Source: Synechocystis sp. PCC 6803 substr. PCC-P (lineage in GTDB: Bacteria > Cyanobacteriota > Cyanobacteriia > Cyanobacteriales > Microcystaceae). From it: DNA of 32,000 nucleotides. Position 1 is the first letter of the stretch; each line of letters begins with the position of its first letter. Under the pieces are notes generated by a model. It saw only the letters and a program-made list of their open reading frames with translations. It made no database searches and was not told the DNA's origin. Of the stretch, positions 25,201 to 31,227 are shown in pieces. Location: the NCBI RefSeq assembly GCF_000284455.1, contig NC_017039.1:630001-662000 (forward strand), read 5' to 3'. The position numbers were made by a program, and so were the translations under genes.

Positions 25201-28149
25201 CCGAATCAAGCAAGTCGTTGGGGTGAGCAAGTCCGGGACATTGGTGATTTTAATGGAGATGGTATTGCTGATTTAGCCGTGTTGGCCCCTGGCTACCGAA
25301 ATCTACTGCAATTTCCAATTTTAGACTACCCAGCTATCAACAATTTAGGGGGTGTGTTCATTTACTACGGAGAGGAGAGTGGGATTTCGGTTAATGATCC
25401 TCCTGATGTTGTTTTAGCTGCGCCTGATCTTCCCCAGGAAACCATTTTTGAATTACTGGAAATTACTCCTACTGGTGATGTAAATGGAGATGGCTTTGAT
25501 GATTTGTTAATTAGTGCACCTCTCACCCCTGTTATTGCTGGTCAATTTCCTGATGTCAATGGTGATCAAGGGGTAAGCTGGGTCGTTTTTGGCGGAACCC
25601 ATTGGGGAACTGAGTACACCGCAAATTCGCCTTTCGGTTTAGGGAACCTTGCCAACAATCAAACCAATAATAGTCAAAACTTTAATCCCTATGGTTTTGT
25701 GACGACTGGATTACCGAGATCCCAAGCTGGTATTTCCATCAGTGGCGGGGCAGATGTAAATGGTGATGGTTTTAGTGATTTTGCCCTAGGTGCGCCGGGT
25801 AACTTTGACAATCTCAGTTATGTGCTGTTTGGCAGTGACTTTACCAACCAAGTCAATCAACTGGGAACCATTGGCGATGATGTCATGTTGGGCAGTCCCA
25901 CAGGGGAAATATTTGTTGCTGGCCAAGGAGATGATCAAATTTATACCAATGGCGGGGTGGATACGGTTTATGCCGGCCCTGGGAATGATTTCGTGACGGT
26001 CACTGATACGAATTTCCGACGGTTGGATGGCGGCAGTGGCAATAATATTCTCAAGTTTACGGGCTACACAAATCAAGATTGGGATTTAACCACTCTTTCC
26101 CCAGGCCTGCGACTGAAAAATTTTAATATTCTCGATGTCCGGGATTACGGGGCTAATATCCTTACCCTCAATGCTCTGACGATTACACAACTTTCAGCTA
26201 ATAACGAAGTTCGGGTTCTTTTAGACGCCAATGACAAGATCAATCTAGATTCAAGTTTTAGCTTTAGTGAAAAAGTCTATCTCGATAACCAAAACTATTA
26301 TCTTTATACCTCTAACGCTTCAGCCGCCACTGTGTTGGTCAATGTCCCCTCCAATCAGGTTACGTTTACTGCTACGACGAGCAATTCCCCCAGTCTCAAC
26401 CTAATTCCCACGGCTCAACCCAATGCTCCTACTACCACCGATGTAACCATCCTCGCCGCCACTAATTCTGACCCAAATCAACCCACCCGTTTATTTGTCT
26501 CTAACCCGAAAGTTTCCGAAGCTGCTGGAGAGGCCCAGTTTGTCATTGAGCGCACGGGAGACTTAAACAAATATGTGTTGGTCAGCTACATCACCCAGGA
26601 TATGAGTGGCAAAGCTGGCGATCGCTATTTACCCATAGCAGGACAGTTAATATTTAATCCTGGAGAGAACCAAAAAAACATCACAGTTAAAATTCCTACT
26701 GACTCTGTTTATACCGCCGATCGCCAATTTAGCCTATTGGTTTCTTTGCTGAATGATGGTTTGGAAGCAGGAGATTGGGGCGATGCTTTTGCTTTAGCCG
26801 GTGATGCCAATGGTGCCCAGATCCGTCGTTGGAACTACCTGGCCGGGAATTGGGATAACAGTGTCATGGGTGGCTTGATTGATTTCTCCACCACGGTTAA
26901 TTCCGACCAAGCTGAGATTCATTTGAGTGTTGAAGGCTTAGGGGAATTTAACGACTTTTTTGGTTACGATCCCCTCAGCCAAACCTATCAATCCATAATG
27001 TTTAATGGTGCCACAGGGGCCCGGCTCACCAATTCAGATAGCCCAAACGCTATTGGCGGAGTAGAACTTAAACTTTTGGACGGCGATCGAGGTGATGCCG
27101 ATGGCATAGTTAATGGTTTGGTGGCAACTAATGGTTATGCGGGCCGCACCATCCCAGGCTTAATTAGCAATAATAACCGAGTTTTTTGGGCTCCCACCAA
27201 CGCCGATGGCCAAGTGCAACTCAGGTTAATCAATAGCCCCTCACAAAACTATGAAATTGGTTGGGTTATGGTGGATAGTGCCGATGGTGCCATTGATGGT
27301 TTACTTCCTGATGATCCGGGCTATGAGGAGGCCGCTTTGGCCCGCAAACAAGCTGTTTTTAGTGATCAAGCCAATGCCTCAGCCCAGGCTTTAACCCGTA
27401 GTTTAGCCCGACAAAGTTTTACTGATATTGAAGCTTTTGCCAGGACAGAATCACAATTTTTTGGTAGCTTTAGTAACTCTAATTTAGAAGCTAATCGTTA
27501 CTATATGCTCTATAGTCAACAGGGAGAAGAAATTGCTTTTTCCATTGATGCTCCACTAATGGTTGAAACAGATAGTCGAGGTTATCATCAGTTAGATTTT
27601 AATGGCATTACTACAGAAATCGCTTCCAAAACTTTGGTTGTGCCGGGAATTTTAAACCAGACTGTGACGACAAATGTTTCCATTAGTCGTGCGGGGGCTT
27701 ACGAAAATCTTATTGTTCTCTACAAAGTGGATAGTCTGACCGGGGGCATTGATACCGATGGCGATCGCCAGATTAATTTAAACCCAGGGGATGTGGGCTA
27801 TGTACAGGCGGCATTAACCAGGGCCCAGAATCCAGCAACGGGGCTAAGCTTAAACGCCCCTGACGAGTTTTTTAGCACTACTCAAAAGACCATCAGTTTG
27901 TCGGGCAATAATATTTATGGCATGGCGATTATTCCCAACTCATCCATCGAAGAAGTGTTAAGCAAAAATCCCACTAACGACCCGAACCTTGGCCCTGTGG
28001 CCCTTTTTTCTTTTGAGCAAGCCAATCCTGGGGGAGTGAGCCAAATGAGTCGTCTGGGTAGTAACCTGTTTGGTTTTGAAGATATGGTGGGCGGCGGCGA
28101 TCTTGACTACAATGACATAATTTTACAATTCAGCTTTCTAACTTCATAA
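16231..28149 (+). CDS. Giant (about 3970 aa) multidomain cell-surface / adhesin-like protein with FG-GAP, Calx-beta, lectin, LamG and DUF4114 modules
   Basis: A single uninterrupted frame. The ORF-track start 16213 is a TTG; I prefer ATG 16231, which has GGAG 10 nt upstream. Domains are identified by motif and listed as separate features. From memory this corresponds to slr1028, one of the Synechocystis 'integrin alpha / beta4 domain homologue' proteins. Confidence 0.9.
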   Translation: MSITLSDRLSAVVQDSAGTSHIVWLEGTNIWHAVYDPVSQTWKNAQAIVNTAGQNIRSLNLVADSGLIVESGTSNNTLIPGVAVIYQEGLENDSNFFYTAARYDNVGKLQWLEAPQALTADQVGDLEPRAVVDNGVITVVGQKVDLVKAQNQAIREDADPYYQTFQIYSNQFSTIPSTPVTPIAAYAPQITKDGVVQGNYIQRDQNTVAALPSATYQPLTLAETQSSSFQGWGANWTVSQTFDTNLSNLKLFKGMAGVPEALLTPIFKKFNITGTLLGSSGNNPNLSFFGGGISTEGILLNASMAVQFNEDDQDTNNTSSGTAGSSLNPAENTTQLSRKPEISLSAIAATLYTFDKSLGEDNLSYPLTVETGSLGLTVGFTFPIPIEGTPILFNFLGSAGLGMQWQLSPKDPQTYVSPVGAVLSPTGGDSDAVLAVLFNVPPLGAITAIGLAVISDITEVVELIFTDVDPDGNEAIELESLLFSIPIATGIDGGIKIPYVFEALAGIQASLVGTVGGTRSADNGAFQYDRDLSLGFPMNITIKFLGFLGGTVGIYPYWTWGDDPSSSASNSDFATLNQASADSPTAIVRGPLLEIQGLQTNGTPQATDFQVNVKDPLGQTTTVPVFGVITQGNTTILRLESAIPQTNLNDQPFSNIKVTYQNNAPIPVVNQSANTFTYNYNPISGTNSNYQVTGQQVVIAFNATLNPNIIPDSSLFQVTDTNGNSISISSVIVTSRSVILTLSGSSSTYSVSYSGSSSSGNVLTTEDNVAISDFKIASNTPPSTAGQVNRTYSNVPAGTTSAITTNPLLGSTVAQDYAEDSPPALAVTDSGVLLAWSSDTPPITPISALLSGTTIILTFADTLVNLINTNKATSNPFTVLINNQSVEIQDSSSTGNYVAISLNSSTVIDADDTISVSYSIDSTLENSLFNLYLSDATDFALWVPDFTTPVTQAASSTNAPTLLEAVAISNVITLTFDQILSSSNLPPGSQFKVTVNNSDNFITVINEVTIENNSVTLPLSEPIGQGDIVTVSYSSGAGTLVNSNNIPVAPFTTSDILTTFANPGTVIKTLLATPSTSSVSIAYPSSIIGTSGLNYDPAVYFNQATNQVFAAWVNVDSSQIQNQLIPGQYYSNLEIITQALQSSTIYFSVASLKDLGDLGPNGQIIPWSVAAPIPHQQTGQNTNVTLGLGPDGSIMAAWLNTTLDNNGTPTTTIYYSTLNQNDSSPVWSAPVPILPDINPDAFTPLTISTINQQPAIFWTESSPASYRQLVLNAAPSVYLRLGERTGDVARNSGQFQAAANGTYSGTFTLGEMGALETTSNTGDPNPAVLFQGGGVTLDQPVPLTNQAFAIEFWFKLPNLPRESINLVSALGLFGLGLEVDPNDPNAPPKLTFGLGNDDQSQIQASETFATDVWYYVVGTYDGSSQNLSLYLNGVLAGTLDDVEFDPFPTAAALALAGASTANNPVYLDEVAFYPKALTASNVNAADLTNANFQNLTGSQILEIIAGTNQIGNHYAAQYNQPVPPGPNTYYSVSDGSSWQLPSQINPTPAIVPTQLAGANIPVFDLVSATPAQASTAIAPNGIADAVYQISLSNPNLTISGIKVTSGNQAWAIGTDDNGTALTGNQLGLLLGDTLLNSLNPDTQSFSYPIQGYTENLFLFIDPGSSNTTLGPVEVTVYFENNDNTPTPFSVAPYQINMATMGPDQTVTGTATVTEANDSSLALIDSGFIINSDNPAIGYVLASAFNSDGTLAYVAVGNRGYSDSQGNVLNNGTVQILFSCSDILSGSGSLSTTILNGNPDGVLITNIQDAGDNQRNLSLSLATGDIDGDSIPDLVIGAPNVGNFAGAVYVIYGSYLSNQKGQIIDVTNLSTKPNTMGFVVNGNEAEDLAGFSVVVGNFDGDSYGDIVYGAPYAKDSNGNRVGQVYLVAGFAQGSAPDSISPTVIYSGKSFDIPNPQPNPPSQTLTVGEGAGFALGVSRRLSNGPSTFTGSTTTDDLFIGAPNYQIQVVNQWTNQSNLPGQNSQNQQNQQITSDLFPSSSFVSAGAVYVYNSNQGLSLKTNPWAIYTGPTIPNAQGTATSYFAGTVIGSGLNTDFTDYDGDGRQDLVIAGPGANTNTGQAFVIGGSTATPSVTTTQSGITTTTTQALNTVSNLVINGGLSGGKAGTVITSVGDLNHDGYQDLLITAPQGANATGQSYVLFGTLNLSEFGTVFDLNVTANDNKTTFLLNGDQPFQATGTAAVGVGDINNDGVDDLMLTAPVGQQLYAVYGHPWLADDGSIKLADVSSNNGFVIDGYEYSLPSSPFGYVLSFDLVYGNDFELVSAWLQLISPTGQVIWRSNPGEGVTVTPEAYAIMQSDGNFVIYGQPGGNSGDVIWSSNTAGNSGAVLKLASDGGLYIVDSEGNIVPNGTLNPGNTSLITNAVTLDENQEINISLDTFLSNGENGGSLFGNGLNIVMVGDVNGDGFADVISGGSPAGGVLIFGNSTKDLLDAALGTDDLIISVENAQVKEFVALGDFDGDGLADFGVIDDQGNFFLVLGSPELGSQGSLVIDSTLPNLSNFNQAWGVGDFNGNGYDDFVLQGPNSTIAVYGNANGTLTDSSPLTFGNNFPLPSSFTGIDLNGNGIKEIVAGQPNLNPVPNIGGFGGGLQYFTYEAGNAVLQPTVNPPNASVTEASGLSSWGQISFPNQYAQAGVPSFATLDGWLYQAFYGINERISTKDSYIYIQRSRDGVSWENLTQVVPLDSNGTPIDLKNLPPSITAYNGTLYLGFTADNGQVWVAEGVNTNANSGILINAVPINQASNNGPTLVAFNDELYVFFVKDASDNDILYSSSSNPGSSSGWDGTSTVLTFSDVNQATNFPLSATVVPGLDGDTLAVAFRSNNSPATWVGLLNSSDVTNWQGSAELTQVDANSQVSLTVVDGTYYLFFTSSTEASASYATSTDGLNWGDITLIPWDDGNLGGVASILFNQSFILSLNQSNNESLLFAFSNSLFEPNQASRWGEQVRDIGDFNGDGIADLAVLAPGYRNLLQFPILDYPAINNLGGVFIYYGEESGISVNDPPDVVLAAPDLPQETIFELLEITPTGDVNGDGFDDLLISAPLTPVIAGQFPDVNGDQGVSWVVFGGTHWGTEYTANSPFGLGNLANNQTNNSQNFNPYGFVTTGLPRSQAGISISGGADVNGDGFSDFALGAPGNFDNLSYVLFGSDFTNQVNQLGTIGDDVMLGSPTGEIFVAGQGDDQIYTNGGVDTVYAGPGNDFVTVTDTNFRRLDGGSGNNILKFTGYTNQDWDLTTLSPGLRLKNFNILDVRDYGANILTLNALTITQLSANNEVRVLLDANDKINLDSSFSFSEKVYLDNQNYYLYTSNASAATVLVNVPSNQVTFTATTSNSPSLNLIPTAQPNAPTTTDVTILAATNSDPNQPTRLFVSNPKVSEAAGEAQFVIERTGDLNKYVLVSYITQDMSGKAGDRYLPIAGQLIFNPGENQKNITVKIPTDSVYTADRQFSLLVSLLNDGLEAGDWGDAFALAGDANGAQIRRWNYLAGNWDNSVMGGLIDFSTTVNSDQAEIHLSVEGLGEFNDFFGYDPLSQTYQSIMFNGATGARLTNSDSPNAIGGVELKLLDGDRGDADGIVNGLVATNGYAGRTIPGLISNNNRVFWAPTNADGQVQLRLINSPSQNYEIGWVMVDSADGAIDGLLPDDPGYEEAALARKQAVFSDQANASAQALTRSLARQSFTDIEAFARTESQFFGSFSNSNLEANRYYMLYSQQGEEIAFSIDAPLMVETDSRGYHQLDFNGITTEIASKTLVVPGILNQTVTTNVSISRAGAYENLIVLYKVDSLTGGIDTDGDRQINLNPGDVGYVQAALTRAQNPATGLSLNAPDEFFSTTQKTISLSGNNIYGMAIIPNSSIEEVLSKNPTNDPNLGPVALFSFEQANPGGVSQMSRLGSNLFGFEDMVGGGDLDYNDIILQFSFLTS
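17980..19390 (+). other. Four or more SwmB-like / Ig-like beta-sandwich repeats within the giant protein
   Basis: Recurrent pattern 'xx(I/V)xLTFxxxL...xxFxVxxNxxxxxIxxVxxxxxxVxLxLxxxxxxxDxVxVSYS'. Example 1: NVITLTFDQILSSSNLPPGSQFKVTVNN...NSVTLPLSEPIGQGDIVTVSYSS. Example 2: TTIILTFADTL...NPFTVLINNQSVEI...DDTISVSYS. Example 3: QQVVIAFNATLNP...SLFQVTDTNGNSISISSVIVTSRSVILTLS...YSVSYSG. Confidence 0.55.
20050..20680 (+). other. LamG / concanavalin-A-like lectin domain (Laminin_G_3-like)
   Basis: The order of motifs is typical of bacterial LamG_3 modules: VYLRLGERTGDVARNSGQ...NGTYSG...AFAIEFWFKL...DVWYYVVGTYDGSSQNLSLYLNGVLAGT...VYLDEVAFYPKALTASNV. Confidence 0.65.
21440..23060 (+). other. FG-GAP (integrin-alpha beta-propeller) repeat block 1
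   Basis: Repeated Ca-binding loops DxDxDGxxD followed by xxGAP...G.xYVxxG. The loops are GDIDGDSIPDLVIGAPN..GAVYVIYG, GNFDGDSYGDIVYGAPYA..GQVYLVAG, DYDGDGRQDLVIAGPGA..GQAFVIGG, GDLNHDGYQDLLITAPQG..GQSYVLFG and GDINNDGVDDLMLTAP..QLYAVYG. Confidence 0.8.
23190..23460 (+). other. Bulb-type (GNA-like, B_lectin) mannose-binding lectin domain
   Basis: AIMQSDGNFVIYGQPGGNSGDVIWSSNTAGNSGAVLKLASDGGLYIVDSEGNIV contains one exact QxDxNxVxY site (QSDGNFVIY, nt 23287..23313), the WxSNT motif, and a degenerate second site (ASDGGLYIV). Confidence 0.7.
23560..24125 (+). other. FG-GAP repeat block 2
   Basis: The loops are GDVNGDGFADVISGG, GDFDGDGLADFGVIDDQGNFFLVLG, GDFNGNGYDDFVLQG and IDLNGNGIKEIVAG. Confidence 0.75.
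24290..25200 (+). other. Asp-box (BNR)-containing beta-propeller-like region
   Basis: There are two exact SxDGxxW Asp-boxes: SRDGVSW at nt 24400..24420 and STDGLNW at nt 25039..25059. They sit among recurring blade-like strands: LDGWLYQAFYG, YNGTLYLGFTADNGQVWVA, FNDELYVFFV, VDGTYYLFFTS. Confidence 0.5.
25230..25850 (+). other. FG-GAP repeat block 3
   Basis: The loops are GDFNGDGIADLAVLAPG, GDVNGDGFDDLLISAP and ADVNGDGFSDFALGAPGNFDNLSYVLFG. Confidence 0.75.
25860..26060 (+). other. RTX-like glycine/aspartate-rich calcium-binding repeat segment
   Basis: GTIGDDVMLGSPTGEIFVAGQGDDQIYTNGGVDTVYAGPGNDFVTV...LDGGSGNNILKF resembles degenerate GGxGxD nonapeptide (hemolysin-type) repeats. Confidence 0.5.
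26490..26760 (+). other. Calx-beta domain
   Basis: LFVSNPKVSEAAGEAQFVIERTGDLNKYVLVSYITQDMSGKAGDRYLPIAGQLIFNPGENQKNITVKIPTDSVYTADRQFSLLVSL follows the Calx-beta pattern: V.E..G...v.V.R.G......v.y.T.dgtA.ag.DY....g.l.F.pGe..k.i.v.i.dD...E..E.F.v.L. Confidence 0.75.
27930..28146 (+). other. C-terminal DUF4114-like domain
   Basis: The terminal sequence PVALFSFEQANPGGVSQMSRLGSNLFGFEDMVGGGDLDYNDIILQFSF carries the characteristic FEDxxGGGDxDYND motif. Confidence 0.7.
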
Positions 28150-28363
28150 ATTAAGTACAAAAGTGACATAGAGGAATAGGCTGATCTATCCCCTTGAGTC
28201 TGATCTGGTCCCGCAACCGAAATTAGTCCGCTCCACTCCTGTCCCGAGGGTGTGTCAGAATGGTTAACGGCCGGATTTTAGCGCCTTGTCACTAAACTGC
28301 CAGATTTGCCCAGTCAAATCCCTATTTGAATTCGAAACTTTTACTATTATTGTCTCTTTGCCC

Positions 28364-29437
28364 ATGACTGCCACCCTTGCCGCCCCCAGCAAAACCCGCC
28401 GTGTTGTTTTTCCTTTTACGGCGATCGTCGGTCAAGATGAAATGAAGTTGGCCCTGTTGCTCAATGTCATTGATCCCAAGATTGGCGGCGTCATGATCAT
28501 GGGCGATCGGGGAACCGGGAAATCCACTACCATTAGAGCTTTGGCGGATTTGTTGCCGGAAATTGAGGTGGTGGCCAATGATCCTTTTAACTCTTCCCCC
28601 AGCGATCCCGAGATGATGAGTGAGGAAGTACGGATCCGGGTAGATAGCCAAGAACCTTTATCTATTGTCAAAAAGAAAGTCACCATGGTGGATTTGCCCC
28701 TGGGGGCAACGGAAGACCGGGTGTGCGGCACCATCGACATCGAAAAGGCATTATCAGAAGGAGTTAAAGCCTTTGAACCGGGTTTATTGGCCAAAGCCAA
28801 CCGGGGCATTCTCTATGTGGACGAAGTTAACCTGTTGGACGATCACTTAGTGGACGTGTTGTTGGACTCCGCTGCTGGGGGTTGGAACACGGTGGAGCGG
28901 GAAGGTATTTCCATTCGCCATCCGGCCCGGTTTGTTTTAGTGGGTTCCGGTAACCCAGAAGAAGGGGAATTGCGGCCTCAATTGTTGGATCGATTCGGCA
29001 TGCATGCTGAAATTCGCACTGTGCGGGAACCGGAATTGCGGGTAAAAATTGTCGAACAACGGACGGAGTTTGACCAAAATCCCCATCCTTTCTGTGACCA
29101 ATATCAAACGGAACAGGAAGCGTTACAAGCAAAAATTGTTAATGCCCAGAATTTACTGCCCCAAGTGACCATTGACTACGACTATCGGGTGAAAGTATCG
29201 GAAGTCTGTGCAGAACTTGATGTGGACGGGTTACGGGGAGATATTGTTACCAATCGGGCCGCCAAAGCCCTGGCCGCTTTTGAAGGTCGCACTGAGGTAA
29301 CAGTGGATGATATTAGCCGAGTAATTGTGCTTTGTTTACGCCATCGTTTACGGAAAGATCCTCTAGAGTCCATTGATTCCGGCAGTAAGGTGGAAAAGGT
29401 ATTTAAACGGGTTTTTGGCGTTGTCGATGAAGCTTAA
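28364..29437 (+). CDS. chlI: Magnesium chelatase ATPase subunit I
   Basis: [40 protein letters not shown] (AAA+ Walker A), Walker [17 protein letters not shown], and the arginine-finger region. I prefer the start at ATG 28364 ([10 protein letters not shown]...), giving 357 aa, over the track's alternative start at 28286. Confidence 0.95.
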   Translation: MTATLAAPSKTRRVVFPFTAIVGQDEMKLALLLNVIDPKIGGVMIMGDRGTGKSTTIRALADLLPEIEVVANDPFNSSPSDPEMMSEEVRIRVDSQEPLSIVKKKVTMVDLPLGATEDRVCGTIDIEKALSEGVKAFEPGLLAKANRGILYVDEVNLLDDHLVDVLLDSAAGGWNTVEREGISIRHPARFVLVGSGNPEEGELRPQLLDRFGMHAEIRTVREPELRVKIVEQRTEFDQNPHPFCDQYQTEQEALQAKIVNAQNLLPQVTIDYDYRVKVSEVCAELDVDGLRGDIVTNRAAKALAAFEGRTEVTVDDISRVIVLCLRHRLRKDPLESIDSGSKVEKVFKRVFGVVDEA

Positions 29438-29471
29438 CGCGGCAATCTCTGTTGTTTTTATTGTGTGATTT

Positions 29472-30686
29472 ATGGTTGTAAATTCTGATCCCGATTGGCT
29501 TTGGCGGGGAACGGCGGAAATTTTTCCCCACAATGCTGACTCAAACAATCCCCAGGAACATTTAGGGATTTTAACCCAACAGGACAGACCTCTACGGGTA
29601 AAGCTGGGCATTGATCCCACGGGCACGGACATTCATTTAGGCCATAGCATTCCCTTCCGTAAATTGCGGGCGTTTCAGGATGCGGGCCACACAGCGGTGG
29701 TAATTATTGGTGATTTCACTGCCCAAATTGGCGATCCCACTGGGAAATCGGAAGTACGGAAACAGTTAACTGCGGATCAGGTGAAACGCAATGCAGAAAG
29801 TTACCTAGCTCAGTTAAAACCAATTCTAGATTTTGATACTCCAGGAAGATTGGAAATCCGTTACAACTCCGAATGGTTAAGCAATTTAGATTTGAATAAA
29901 ATTCTGGAATTGCTAGCAACGATGACAGTGGGACAGATGTTAGCCAAGGAAGGGTTTGCGGAGCGTTTCCAAAAGGAAAATCCGATCTTTTTGCACGAAT
30001 TTCTTTACCCTTTAATGCAGGGGTATGATTCTGTCGCTGTAAATGCAGATGTGGAATTGGGGGGCACTGATCAAAAGTTTAATATTGCGGTGGGCCGGGA
30101 TTTACAACGGCATTTTGGCAAAACTCCTCAATTTGGTTTACTGTTGCCGATTTTGCTGGGGACAGATGGACAACAAAAAATGTCCAAGTCTCTGAACAAT
30201 TATGTGGGTTTACAGGAAGATGCTTTATCCATGTACTCCAAGCTGGAGAAGACGCCTGATCGCCTGTTGGGGGAATATTTCGAGTTACTAACTAACTTGG
30301 ACTTGGCCGAGTTACCGGAGAATCCCAGGGAGTGCCAAAAGTTGCTCGCCAAGGAAGTTACAGCCCAGTTCCATGGAGTTGCAGGGGCGATCGCCGCCCA
30401 AAAAACAGCGGAGGATATTGTCACCCAAGGTAAGGCGGGTAATACGGACAGTGTGCCGGAATTTTCCCTAGCTGAAATTACTTTTCCGGTGAAATTGGCC
30501 TATCTCCTCAGTGCCAGTGGCCTGTGCCCCAGTAGTAGTGAAGGGAGAAGGCAAATCAAGGGGGGGGCTGTGCGCTTAGATGGCGATCGCCTAGAGGATG
30601 TTAATCAGGAATATGCCGATCCCAAAATGTTAATTAATAAGGTGTTGCAAATGGGCAAGAAAAAATTTATTCGTCTGATTTCTTAA
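29472..30686 (+). CDS. tyrS: Tyrosine--tRNA ligase
   Basis: Class I signatures HLGH (DIHLGHSIP) and KMSKS ([10 protein letters not shown]), plus a C-terminal S4-like domain ([18 protein letters not shown]). It starts 34 nt after chlI. Confidence 0.9.
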
Positions 30687-30873
30687 TCTCCAAGGCGATC
30701 AGCTTCTTAACTTTCACAAAAAGCGATCATTCTATTCGTAACAAGCTCACACTCGAAAAAAGAGGTTTAACGCTTTCCCAAAAATCGCACTGCGATATTG
30801 TAGATCACACCAGCATAGATAGTATGCTGATGAGCAGGTTTTTTAGTTATGAGTATAATCAAACGAATTTGAT

Positions 30874-31227
30874 ATGCCCACCCCACAAGCACTGTATCGC
30901 GGGGCTGTACAAGCTCAAGGTGACGACATTACACAAAATGGGGGCTATACTCGCTCTTGGGCGCGGGGTACTCCTGTGACGGCTCAAGAGGGATTAGACT
31001 TTCTTGCTAAGATTGAGGAACAATGCAATGAGTCTCAGAAAGAACAACGAAATTCAGCTTTTGTCAAAGCTGAACGTTTTATCAAGAATGCTAGTAAAAA
31101 TGGAGGTGTTGATCAAAATTCTCAACCTCATCCTTTTCAAAATCCTAGACGTACTGTTCCAAACGCTCGTGTTGATATTGAAATTCGCAAAGGTTTGACT
31201 TTTATTCCTGCTAAAAATTTGGAATGA
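30874..31227 (+). CDS. Hypothetical protein (117 aa), first gene of an AT-rich two-gene cassette
   Basis: ATG-initiated ORF. Its TGA stop overlaps the ATG of the next ORF (ATGA at 31224..31227). I recognise no family motif. Composition shifts from GC-rich at the 5' end to AT-rich. Confidence 0.5.
   Translation: MPTPQALYRGAVQAQGDDITQNGGYTRSWARGTPVTAQEGLDFLAKIEEQCNESQKEQRNSAFVKAERFIKNASKNGGVDQNSQPHPFQNPRRTVPNARVDIEIRKGLTFIPAKNLE

Noticed and set aside
15628-28149. The idea that the giant gene is a genomic island integrated at tRNA-Arg
   Set aside because: The tRNA is on the minus strand, so its 3' end (the usual att site) faces frmA, not the giant gene. I saw no integrase, no transposase, and no direct repeat of the tRNA 3' end.
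30811-30829. Inverted repeat CAGCATA-gatag-TATGCTG downstream of tyrS, considered as a terminator
   Set aside because: The 7-bp AT-rich stem is separated from the nearest T-run by about 9 nt and lies about 125 nt after the tyrS stop. That is too weak to call a terminator.
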